Shown: piece by piece, positions 37,001 through 45,072 of the stretch
Numbering within the stretch: position 1 is the first letter of the stretch
Layout: the number at the start of each line of letters is the position of its first letter
Origin: a virus
Length of the DNA: 64,000 bases
Reading direction: 5' to 3' (one strand)
IMG/VR virus record: IMGVR_UViG_3300042878_001497
Span: 96,001 to 160,000 of that record
Position numbers and translations under genes: made by a program
Notes under the pieces: generated by a model
What the model saw: only the letters and a program-made list of their open reading frames with translations
Told to the model about the DNA's origin: nothing
Databases searched by the model: none

Positions 37001-38741
37001 ATATACAGGTAAACAGCTTTTTGCAGAACAGGTTAACGTATTCAACAGAGCAACTGATAAATCCTACGGAAGCACTCCAGTAATAGAGCAGACAGTGCCG
37101 TATTTTGGAACTTTCAGTCAAATGTCAGCAACTCAAGACCTACTTAATGCTGTTGAGATGACTATTCCTTATGTGACGTTTCAAAACGGCGACATTTATT
37201 CTTCTAATACTAATCCCGATACTGCTAAAGATATGCAATTTATCTTTACAGAGAATAAAAATGCTACCATACTTTTTAAAACTAACACATCAGGTTCTAG
37301 AAAGGTGCTTGCACTTAACGGAGAGTATAGAATTAAAAAAGGAGGAAAGAGAGTTGAACCTATCCTAGTTACTCAAAGTGGATCGTTTAATTCTACCGGA
37401 AAACTAGTAACAACTTCAGGATCTTATTTTAATACGATATTCTTTGGCGAAGATACCGGCGTTGGAGAATACAGGCTGCAAGGAGTAGCTTCAGGATCTA
37501 CCGACCGAGCTACACAGATTACGAATAGCTCAACCCTAATCGTGTACTTTGCAACTGCCAGCAGCGGTAACACCCTCGCTAGATGGGATGTACCTGATCG
37601 TGCGTATAGTCTCCCATCTATACAAGCTAACACAAGTATAAAGTACGATACTGATGTATATCTTGAATTCGATAGAGATGGCTCAAAATGGTCAGACAGT
37701 ATTTCTGTAGACGTAGTGTTAGAATACTACGACGGAAGTACTTGGACGACTCTAGATACTAAAACTATTAAACCAACCTGGAATAGGTCTGGAGTCAAAC
37801 ACGAACAGCCTGATGGTATTGATATCGTAGGACACGTAGAATCTGGAACCGCCGGCGTAGTTTACGTGTACGTAAAAGCTACTATGTCTACTGGGTTTAT
37901 ACCTTTCGGTTCAAGCTTAACTACTCAAAAAATAAGAGTAAAAGTTGTAAATAATACAACCGGGAACGACGATGTGTACCTTCTAGACTATATTGATGTA
38001 TACAAAGCAGGAGGGTGGCCTGCAATAAAGGCTAGAGAGAATATATACAGAGGAACAAATTATAGTGCGTTTGGATCTTTCGGTCCCGCTATCACTACTG
38101 TTGTACACGGACCTAAATTTCAAACACCCCCAGATTACAGAAAACTTAAATCAAACTTTGCAGTAGATCAGGAAGTTAAACCACAAGGATCGGTTATTTT
38201 TCCAACTAGTCAAGCTGTTGTACCTTTTGCTCCGTCTGAATACCACCCTACCTCTAGTGTAGGTACTAGTATTACAAGCGCTGCCTTCAATCCCTACATA
38301 TGGGTATCTTCCAGTCTCACTGAAAATTTCGGAGCTTTTCAAACCTCTGACAACCATGAAAGCTTAGGGTTCAAAGAATTTATAACTCCGTTTACAATTC
38401 AACTAGGAGATGAATTAAGAGCAGAAGGTAACGAGAATAAAGTTTATACAGTTATTGACATCTGGGAGAAAGGGGACAGTCGAATAAACAATAGTCATTT
38501 ATTTGCAGCTAGACCAGATAAAGGAATGGTAATAAAAGTAGCTCCCCCTGTTCCACGCGGCACTTTACTTTCTAACATCTTAATTAGAAGGTACGTAGAT
38601 GACCCAACAAAAGTACTCCTATATACTTCAAACCCAAAAACAGTCGATGAGTTTGGAACTATTACCCCGCAATACATCTCCCAGGATCTTCAAGCAAACT
38701 TTGAAAGTTATGCGGACAAAGCCTTCACATTAATACAGTAA
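34014..38741 (+). CDS. large baseplate/tail protein (1575 aa, gp7-like segment)
   Basis: FLNMIGQHFDNIW...LPYLIKTKGTERGLRALINCFG wedge-like signature; Ser/Thr-rich beta C-terminal half. Confidence 0.7.
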   Translation: MATVQYNVIPANTADLGVETYSTSDTTLVNSFAINSNYNVDEHFIELHAYSAAGELLTSVYNYQNEKQLLNSAGAGQDGASTLYIDPVLDANSLGYTQGGVSLLYHFLRPILPSSLYISDISPDRTELRTRGVEVSPALLQILTDYKTQLQANSYFTEFRLNFKNNDLFIGVNLDIETDGSVLVKLYEPLPANILLKNTFELVELVADSISYQVEATFTPEPEQPVFLKGPNFTLEDREQNVLNTGYLNYNELFSYPVTGSYHKLLLQASQSGIQVSIDYSDYSNFIHFSSAQERLENFNYKIGLVQYYESKSISIKSTLSVNASAAVSESSTYYDNLVSGIIGKFDGYEQYLYFESTSFAWPKSNNLPPYINLTGSSATVTNWYTTQFASASLYDELNQSNLVYTVPEFIRQDDANAPYSVFLNMIGQHFDNIWIYAKAVTDKYDADNRLDYGISKDLVGEALRSFGVKLYSSNFSVASLSSLLLGEWYDSGSEQITSFVTASNSPTPDKDIIQETYKRLYHNLPYLIKTKGTERGLRALINCFGIPSGSLEIKEFGGVGRSSPIYFAAETGSVDKIRISNTGSIVPGNTLSQYTSIQNPAGEYTEDIHTLEVGFSPTYYVDKYIVDNITSSFNIDNYIGDPRTAHDSRYTTLQPFISSSLGNLSRYDMFDFVRLIKFFDNQVFKMVKDFVPVRASATTGIIIKPHLLERGKIKQPTLSLTQPEYSASINTAFLEAQDGGVINELSTTNTVEIKTPAGTVTETKTTGVEKYNGELGGSFIDVVTGELNDENPFKHEVHPELNYSLTEYLSTLTPAPGFDEVTANDFLTQVISVGNMHFFWEYNSKGGYNYLRYIRFRNTLTGGVDIYTSVLELEKIKIAGVEYPFLNKTVTTSTTVLTLGDPGSGLGLSPAAYPTTPTTVQVILQPYLPSTFENSDYNPLLNNATAIANSAKLRKVDYSNGVMVPSNIQALRDNTADIADVQEYLYNSAGIVSGRYTGKQLFAEQVNVFNRATDKSYGSTPVIEQTVPYFGTFSQMSATQDLLNAVEMTIPYVTFQNGDIYSSNTNPDTAKDMQFIFTENKNATILFKTNTSGSRKVLALNGEYRIKKGGKRVEPILVTQSGSFNSTGKLVTTSGSYFNTIFFGEDTGVGEYRLQGVASGSTDRATQITNSSTLIVYFATASSGNTLARWDVPDRAYSLPSIQANTSIKYDTDVYLEFDRDGSKWSDSISVDVVLEYYDGSTWTTLDTKTIKPTWNRSGVKHEQPDGIDIVGHVESGTAGVVYVYVKATMSTGFIPFGSSLTTQKIRVKVVNNTTGNDDVYLLDYIDVYKAGGWPAIKARENIYRGTNYSAFGSFGPAITTVVHGPKFQTPPDYRKLKSNFAVDQEVKPQGSVIFPTSQAVVPFAPSEYHPTSSVGTSITSAAFNPYIWVSSSLTENFGAFQTSDNHESLGFKEFITPFTIQLGDELRAEGNENKVYTVIDIWEKGDSRINNSHLFAARPDKGMVIKVAPPVPRGTLLSNILIRRYVDDPTKVLLYTSNPKTVDEFGTITPQYISQDLQANFESYADKAFTLIQ

Positions 38742-38788
38742 TCTAAAACCTCCCTTAGGCTCTATTTATAATTAAAATCTAACAAGAA

Positions 38789-39442
38789 ATGGGATATTTA
38801 AATAACTCAGTAGTAACAGTTGATGCGATCCTTACCAAAAAAGGTAGAGAGCTTCTAGCAAGAGGCGACGGATCTTTCCGCATCACTCAATTCGCTCTAT
38901 CTGACGATGAAATCGACTACACACTTTACAATACTTCTCACCCTTCAGGCTCTGCCTACTATGGAGAAGCTATTGAAGCTATGCCGCTACTTGAAGCATT
39001 CCCAGACGAGACTCAAATTATGAAGTACAAGCTTACTACTCTTCCTAGAGGTACAGCTCGTCTTCCAATCCTAGCTACCAAGTCTGTAGTAACATTAAAG
39101 CAAGGTCAATCAGAGGCTATCACCCCTCAGACCCTTAACTACCTCGGTAACAATCAGACTTTTGAAACAAGCGGATATACGTTTACAATTGCTGATGCAA
39201 GAGTTGCTTCTGCATTCCAAGGAGTAGGAATCAACACAGAAGAAGCAAATAGACTAAATAACACTACAACTCTTGGAACAAATGTATCTAAGACTGTAAT
39301 TGGAACTAGCCTGAACATCACAGCTACAAACGTAAACACTCTATTTGGAACCAATACCCAGCTACAAACCACTCTAACCATTATCGGCAGAGATTCAGGA
39401 GCTAGAGTGACCATTCCTGTAACAATTACAAAAGTAAATTAA
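38789..39442 (+). CDS. virion structural protein (baseplate/tail-fibre attachment)
   Basis: DAILTKKGRELLA..FRITQFALSDDEIDY; late motif upstream. Confidence 0.7.
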   Translation: MGYLNNSVVTVDAILTKKGRELLARGDGSFRITQFALSDDEIDYTLYNTSHPSGSAYYGEAIEAMPLLEAFPDETQIMKYKLTTLPRGTARLPILATKSVVTLKQGQSEAITPQTLNYLGNNQTFETSGYTFTIADARVASAFQGVGINTEEANRLNNTTTLGTNVSKTVIGTSLNITATNVNTLFGTNTQLQTTLTIIGRDSGARVTIPVTITKVN

Positions 39443-39448
39443 TAGCAT

Positions 39449-40465
39449 ATGTCATTTAAAAGATTTGACGCCGAAGACTTAGTAATCGCTTCCGAAGCTG
39501 TATCAGCCCCGGTTTGGTCAACAGGAGATCCCATACTTTCAACTCTCTTTACATCCTCTACTCAACCTAATCTAGAGTCAGGTAAGTTTTACTACGATGT
39601 ATACCAGACAGGTTCAACTTTAGAAAACGCAGCAGTACAGTTTTCAATTGCTTACGGCGATTTAGACGGTTCAGGATCTGCTCCTTATAACCCTTCTGTT
39701 GTAGGTAAATCACCTTCTTCTACAATCTACGGACAGTATAGAACATTAGTGTTAGGAGACGAAGAAACCTCATTTAGCTTTGGTGGAGTAAATCAAGAAT
39801 ATTTTTACGCTATTGCTATTGATAGAGACAGATTCAAAGAATCTCTACTGCCAGCTTCTTTTAATTTAACTTTAAAGAATACGAGCAATAAAACTTTAAA
39901 GCTAACAGACAATAGCGCGGCAGTTACTACAGTAAGTTACAATGATGCAGGTAGAGTCTACCAAGTGGTCAGTGGATCTAACGGCACTCCCTACACCGGA
40001 GTTAATGCAAATGGATATACAGGTACTTCAGGATCTTACGGACTATTCCTTCCAGACGTCGGAGTGATCCTACTAAACGGAGCAGCACTTGATATCAGCG
40101 GTACTGCGGAAGGCGTAGCACTTGGTACTACTAGAGGAACTACAAATGCAGGTAATCCTGGAAAGCTTTTCCAACTAATTAACTCAGGTAGCTCATTCCA
40201 ACTTAATTACAAAGAAACAGTAACTTCTCAGTTTGTTTTTGCTAGAGTAAGAAACAGCGAGTTCAACTACTCTACTAACCCTTCTTACATTACAGGATCC
40301 GGGGATCTTAGAATTAGCAGTATGTTAGATACTCCGCAGAGCTACATCACAACAGTAGGTATGTATAATGATAATAACGAGCTTGTAGCAGTAGCTAAAC
40401 TATCAAGACCTCTACTAAAAGACTTTACTAAAGAAGCTCTTATCAGAATCAAGCTTGATTTCTAA
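39449..40465 (+). CDS. virion structural protein
   Basis: C-terminal YITTVGMYNDNNELVAVAKLSRP. Confidence 0.7.
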   Translation: MSFKRFDAEDLVIASEAVSAPVWSTGDPILSTLFTSSTQPNLESGKFYYDVYQTGSTLENAAVQFSIAYGDLDGSGSAPYNPSVVGKSPSSTIYGQYRTLVLGDEETSFSFGGVNQEYFYAIAIDRDRFKESLLPASFNLTLKNTSNKTLKLTDNSAAVTTVSYNDAGRVYQVVSGSNGTPYTGVNANGYTGTSGSYGLFLPDVGVILLNGAALDISGTAEGVALGTTRGTTNAGNPGKLFQLINSGSSFQLNYKETVTSQFVFARVRNSEFNYSTNPSYITGSGDLRISSMLDTPQSYITTVGMYNDNNELVAVAKLSRPLLKDFTKEALIRIKLDF

Positions 40466-40469
40466 ATGA

Positions 40470-41363
40470 ATGAGTGCATTTATAAAGCTAAACAAACAGG
40501 ATGCATTCGTAACTCCTTATACCGCGTATAAGAGCTGGTCTATTAGTAGCGCTAGTCTGCAAGACTACAGCATCGAAACTTTTACAGCTGAAGCTACAGG
40601 ATCATATACGGGTATCTTTAGCCCGATTTTATCAGATACTAGCGGTCAATCTAACTCGGAATACAACACCCTAATACACAGGTCCCTAAAACATCTATAT
40701 TACTCCGGTGTTTTTACAGGAGCAGAAACTAGTAGCTCTTTTGAAGACTACAAACAAACTGATATACAGCCTAGTATGTCTCGAGCTATTTCTAACGATC
40801 TACTAGTTGTTAGTATTCCTCGTAACATTGTAGGGTCTGCAATCAAACCCGGTACCTTTTCACTAGGAACTGAAGCAGCAATCTCTGCTTACGTTTCAGG
40901 AGGTTACGTTAGTCCTGGCTATGTAGTAGGATCAACCTCAGGAAGCTTTATTATATACGATGACGGAGAAGGTAAACTACTAGTAAGCGGTAGTGTTGCA
41001 AAAATTGGAGATATAATCTACCCTCACGGTCTTGCAATACTAACCGATTCAGCCTCAATCTCTTCGATACAGTCTCTACCGAGCTACAGTATGCATTGGC
41101 AATCTACCTACGAAGTATATACCCATAACTACAAATGCAGAGTAAGAGAACAGGACTTTAATTACTCTCAGAATCCTTCAATTAAATCAGGAAGCAACGG
41201 AGACATTTATGACTTTGCTACCGGAAGTTATTTCCAACCTTATGTAACAACAGTTGGATTATACAATGATTCTAACGAACTTATAGCAGTAGGAAAGTTA
41301 GGTCAACCTATACCTAAGTCAAGGTATAACGATATGACTTTCGTCATTACATTAGACATTTAA
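40470..41363 (+). CDS. virion structural protein, paralogue of 39449..40465
   Basis: C-terminal YVTTVGLYNDSNELIAVGKLGQP. Confidence 0.7.
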   Translation: MSAFIKLNKQDAFVTPYTAYKSWSISSASLQDYSIETFTAEATGSYTGIFSPILSDTSGQSNSEYNTLIHRSLKHLYYSGVFTGAETSSSFEDYKQTDIQPSMSRAISNDLLVVSIPRNIVGSAIKPGTFSLGTEAAISAYVSGGYVSPGYVVGSTSGSFIIYDDGEGKLLVSGSVAKIGDIIYPHGLAILTDSASISSIQSLPSYSMHWQSTYEVYTHNYKCRVREQDFNYSQNPSIKSGSNGDIYDFATGSYFQPYVTTVGLYNDSNELIAVGKLGQPIPKSRYNDMTFVITLDI

Positions 41364-41367
41364 AACT

Positions 41368-41820
41368 ATGACTGAACCTACCTGGACTTATAAGGGTAGG
41401 GGTATCACTGAGATTTCTGACATGCCGGAAGGCACTTACGGATTTATCTATCAGATTACTCACACCCCTACCAACAAAAAATACCTCGGCAAAAAAGTCG
41501 TATACTTTACCCGCAAGGTAAAACTTACTAAAAAAGAGATTGCCGAACAGACTGGTCCTGGCCGCAAGCCAACTACCAAGCTCGTTACCAAAGAAAGTGA
41601 TTGGGATAGTTACTATGGATCAAATAAAGAGTTTCTAACCCTAACTAGAACCTACCCTAAAGAAGAATTCCAGAAAGAAATCCTAGAGTTTGTATCTTCC
41701 AAAAAGATGCTTACTTACTTTGAGTGTAAATATTTATTTAAATACGATGCTATTGAGAATAATCCTTTATACTACAATGATAACATCCTAGGTAAATTCT
41801 ACAGGAAAGATTTTCTATGA
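41368..41820 (+). CDS. GIY-YIG (Seg-like) nuclease-domain protein
   Basis: GFIYQITH...KYLGKK...YYGS...E...YYNDNI. Confidence 0.75.
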   Translation: MTEPTWTYKGRGITEISDMPEGTYGFIYQITHTPTNKKYLGKKVVYFTRKVKLTKKEIAEQTGPGRKPTTKLVTKESDWDSYYGSNKEFLTLTRTYPKEEFQKEILEFVSSKKMLTYFECKYLFKYDAIENNPLYYNDNILGKFYRKDFL

Positions 41821-42356
41821 AACTAATACAAGCCCTTCTTACTGAGAGCACTTACTCTAAAATCAAAGATGCTTTTAAGAAAGCCGGAGTTACCTATGTA
41901 GGGGGAGGATCTCATGGGGTTGTTTATAATGCACCCAATCCTGTGCCGGAATTCGGATACGAACCTAAAGAAGGCTACCTAGTAAAAATTACTCAGGATG
42001 ACATCGAAATGCAGGCTATGCTCAAGGCTCAAGGTAAGAGCTTTAAATACCTGGCAAACGTTGGCAAGGCAGTGGAGATGGAAAAAGGAGGCTGGTACCA
42101 GGTTGAGAACTTAGAACCACTACCGCAAGAATACTCTCAGGAAATTAAAAAGAACGTTCGTATATTAGATGAGTTCTTTATGGAAGGAGATAAGAGCATA
42201 CTTTCAAATCTATCCCCGTACCTACAGAAGGTCTTTATCGGTGCAAGACAGGAAATGATTCAAGCCGGAGTCGACCCTGAAGATGTTGATATGTACGGAG
42301 ATGATAACAACGTAATGGCAACCGCCGACGGTCAGATAAAATTAATCGACTATTAA
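41817..42356 (+). CDS. minimal protein-kinase-fold enzyme with MKLxxLLxE leader
   Basis: Gly-rich loop YVGGGSHGVVY, VKIT lysine, helix-C-like Glu, DMYGDDNNVM, KLIDY. Confidence 0.7.
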   Translation: MKLIQALLTESTYSKIKDAFKKAGVTYVGGGSHGVVYNAPNPVPEFGYEPKEGYLVKITQDDIEMQAMLKAQGKSFKYLANVGKAVEMEKGGWYQVENLEPLPQEYSQEIKKNVRILDEFFMEGDKSILSNLSPYLQKVFIGARQEMIQAGVDPEDVDMYGDDNNVMATADGQIKLIDY

Positions 42357-42389
42357 GTTGGTTCGGAACGGTTTCGTTCTTATATTAAG
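42357..42389 (+). promoter_or_regulatory. early-type promoter GTTG-N20-TATATTAAG
   Basis: Upstream of the primase gene. Confidence 0.7.
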
Positions 42390-42413
42390 GTTATAACTAG
42401 TTAATACCTCCTA

Positions 42414-43337
42414 ATGGAGAACCCTGTTTTATTAAACGCAGTTGAAAACGTACTCGGAAAGTCTCATAAGAGAGCTCGGGATAACTATGCTTTTAGCTGT
42501 CCGTTTTGTAATCATCGCAAACCTAAGCTAGAGGTTAAACTCTCGACCAACGAGAAGGGGGAAAATCCATGGGAGTGCTGGGTGTGCAATACCCGAGGTC
42601 GTACCATTAAATCGCTTCTAAGACAGATGAAGCTTTCAAGAGAGGAAGCTAATGAAGTGCTTAAGTACGTTAGAAAAGGAGAGACAGCTGACTACGAGGT
42701 AACGTTTGTAGAACTTCCTAAAGAATTTCAAGCACTAGCTACTGCCTCTCAGACCTCAGTAATTGCAAATAAGATCAGAAACTACCTCTACAGGAGAGGT
42801 TTGACAGAGAACGATTTTATTAAGTATAACATAGGCTACTGCACAACAGGAGAATATGCCGGTAGAATTATCGTACCTTCATACGATGATAATAATCAGC
42901 TAAACTTCTTTGTTGGTAGAACATTTGAAAATAGTTATTTTAAATATAAGAATCCTTCTGCATCCAAGGATATAGTAGGGTTTGAAAATATGATTAACTG
43001 GGACCAGCCCGTCATCTTGGTTGAAGGAGTCTTCGATGCCATGGCTGTTAAACGTAATGCCGTTCCAATCTTAGGTAAATCTTTATCTAAGAGTTTATTA
43101 ATGAAATTAGTGTCTAACAAGGTTCAAGACATTTATATAGCGTTGGATAAAGATGCTTTAAAAAGTGCGCTACGATACTCTGAGCAATTCCTTGCTATGG
43201 GTAAAAGAGTGTTCCTTGTTGACATGGTCGATAAAGATCCTTCCGAAATGGGTTTTACTAATTTCACCCACCATATCCAACAATCCCAGGAGCTAACCTT
43301 CAGCGACCTCCTAAGATACAAATTAGCATTCGTATGA
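42414..43337 (+). CDS. DNA primase (zinc finger + TOPRIM)
   Basis: CPFC..WECWVC; RIIVP; LVEGVFDA; IALDKDA; KDPSE. Confidence 0.9.
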   Translation: MENPVLLNAVENVLGKSHKRARDNYAFSCPFCNHRKPKLEVKLSTNEKGENPWECWVCNTRGRTIKSLLRQMKLSREEANEVLKYVRKGETADYEVTFVELPKEFQALATASQTSVIANKIRNYLYRRGLTENDFIKYNIGYCTTGEYAGRIIVPSYDDNNQLNFFVGRTFENSYFKYKNPSASKDIVGFENMINWDQPVILVEGVFDAMAVKRNAVPILGKSLSKSLLMKLVSNKVQDIYIALDKDALKSALRYSEQFLAMGKRVFLVDMVDKDPSEMGFTNFTHHIQQSQELTFSDLLRYKLAFV

Positions 43338-44116
43338 TTTATCCAGGTTCCAATTTTCTTTTAGAGCATAAGCAAAAACGCATTAAGTTCGACGGAGAGC
43401 TAAAGCAGATCACTTTACCGGACCGCCGGGTTTATAAAAGAAGCGAAGGCCTTTATTACCCCTCCGTTACTACGATCCTGCAGTACATGCCTAAGAATAA
43501 GTTCTTTGAGCAGTGGATTAAGGACGTAGGTCATAACGCCGATCTCATTATGAGAAGGGCAGGTGAAGAGGGGACGGCAGTCCACAACGCAGCCGAAGAG
43601 CTGATCAAAGGCGGGGAAGTCCAATGGATGGATGACTACGGCAAGGCTAAGTACTCGCTGCTGGTATGGCAGATGATCAATAAGTTCGTTGAAGCTTGGA
43701 AGGCTATGGCTCCTGAAGTCATCGCTACAGAAGAGTTTACCTTCTCGGACGTCCATAAGTACGCCGGTACTGCTGACATCATCGCTAAGATCGGTGATGA
43801 GGTTTGGCTGTTAGATATCAAGACCTCTAACTCTTTGCATAAGTCTCACGAGTTACAGCTGTCGGCCTATGCCAAGGCCTGGGAGGAGATGTACGGTCAG
43901 AAAATCGACCGGACAGGTATCATCTGGCTAAAATCAACCAAGAGAACTACCTCTAGCAAAGACGGAGCATTCCAAGGTAAGGGCTGGGAGCTTAAAGTAG
44001 TTGATAACATCGATGAAAACTTCGAACTGTTTCAACTCATTTACAAATTATACCTTTTAGAGCATCCTGCTGACGAACCATCCTTTCAGACATATCCTCT
44101 ATCGGTAAAGTTGTAA
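43334..44116 (+). CDS. PD-(D/E)xK exonuclease
   Basis: YPSVTTIL, GTAVH, YAGTAD, LDIKTS, QLSAYA. Confidence 0.85.
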   Translation: MIYPGSNFLLEHKQKRIKFDGELKQITLPDRRVYKRSEGLYYPSVTTILQYMPKNKFFEQWIKDVGHNADLIMRRAGEEGTAVHNAAEELIKGGEVQWMDDYGKAKYSLLVWQMINKFVEAWKAMAPEVIATEEFTFSDVHKYAGTADIIAKIGDEVWLLDIKTSNSLHKSHELQLSAYAKAWEEMYGQKIDRTGIIWLKSTKRTTSSKDGAFQGKGWELKVVDNIDENFELFQLIYKLYLLEHPADEPSFQTYPLSVKL

Positions 44117-44142
44117 GCTATTTATAAAGAGCCTATCTTTAG
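44110..44142 (+). promoter_or_regulatory. nested promoters: late TATTTATA inside the spacer of an early GTTG-N20-TATCTTTAG
   Basis: GTTG at 44110, TATTTATA at 44119, TATCTTTAG at 44134. Confidence 0.75.
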
Positions 44143-44160
44143 GGTGATAAATAGCACAAA

Positions 44161-45072
44161 ATGGGAGGAAACGTATTCGGAACCACAGACAAGATTAAGA
44201 GGGAGGACATCAAGCCTACCCTCTTAAACTTTTTAAAAGAATTCAAGAGATTATTTCCTCAAGCAGAACCTCACTTCCGTCAAATGCAGACCCTAGGATC
44301 TGTAGGTAAGAAGGAGGTTTCTGGAGATATCGATTTAGCGATTTCCGATAAAAGCTTTGATAAGATTCAGGACTGGGGTCTAGATCAGCAGCACGTCCAG
44401 GAGCTTTTCGAACTCTTCAAAAAGAGATCAAGAACAGCCTCGGAAGAGCAGCTTATGAAAAGAGCTGTGATTGTTGCTATTGCTGAAAAGATCCAAGATG
44501 CTGATACCGACCTTGCTGTCGACGTAAAAGGTTCAGCTTCGGGTGCATTATTCCTGCAAGCTCCTCAATACAACGAAGCAGGAGAGCAGCTAGATAGCAA
44601 CGTTCAAATCGATATAAATGTCGGGGATGTTGACTGGCTTAAATTTGCTTACTACTCTAGCGTTTATTCTGGAAATGTGAAAGGATTGCACCGTACCCAG
44701 TTACTGGTTGCCCTATTTGCAAATAAAGGATATATCTTCTCTCACAACTACGGAGTTAAGAATAGAGACACCCAGGAAATAGAAGCTAAATCTCCAACTG
44801 AAGCTATCGAGCTTTTAAACAAGCTCTACAAAGCAGACTTTACTTCCGAGATTCTAGAGAACTACTTCAGTGTTATGGAGGCTCTCAAAAACAATCTAAG
44901 TGAGCAGGATCTAAATAAGGTCTACGATATCTACCTCAAGATTCTTGACAGCACTAGAGCCGACATTCCGGAAGATTTACAGGACTACTGGATTGCAAAT
45001 CAGGAGAGACTGCAGCTCAAAGGTAAGTTCCTTCCAGACGATTCTAATTTAGTAAAATATAAAGTACAATGA
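44161..45072 (+). CDS. Pol-beta superfamily nucleotidyltransferase
   Basis: LGSVGKKEVSGDIDL (GS..DxD) and third Asp in VQIDI. Confidence 0.8.
   Translation: MGGNVFGTTDKIKREDIKPTLLNFLKEFKRLFPQAEPHFRQMQTLGSVGKKEVSGDIDLAISDKSFDKIQDWGLDQQHVQELFELFKKRSRTASEEQLMKRAVIVAIAEKIQDADTDLAVDVKGSASGALFLQAPQYNEAGEQLDSNVQIDINVGDVDWLKFAYYSSVYSGNVKGLHRTQLLVALFANKGYIFSHNYGVKNRDTQEIEAKSPTEAIELLNKLYKADFTSEILENYFSVMEALKNNLSEQDLNKVYDIYLKILDSTRADIPEDLQDYWIANQERLQLKGKFLPDDSNLVKYKVQ

Noticed and set aside
43334-44116. Cas4 / CRISPR adaptation gene
   Set aside because: It has the PD-(D/E)xK motif but not the Cas4 Fe-S cysteines, and it sits beside the primase like an ordinary phage exonuclease.
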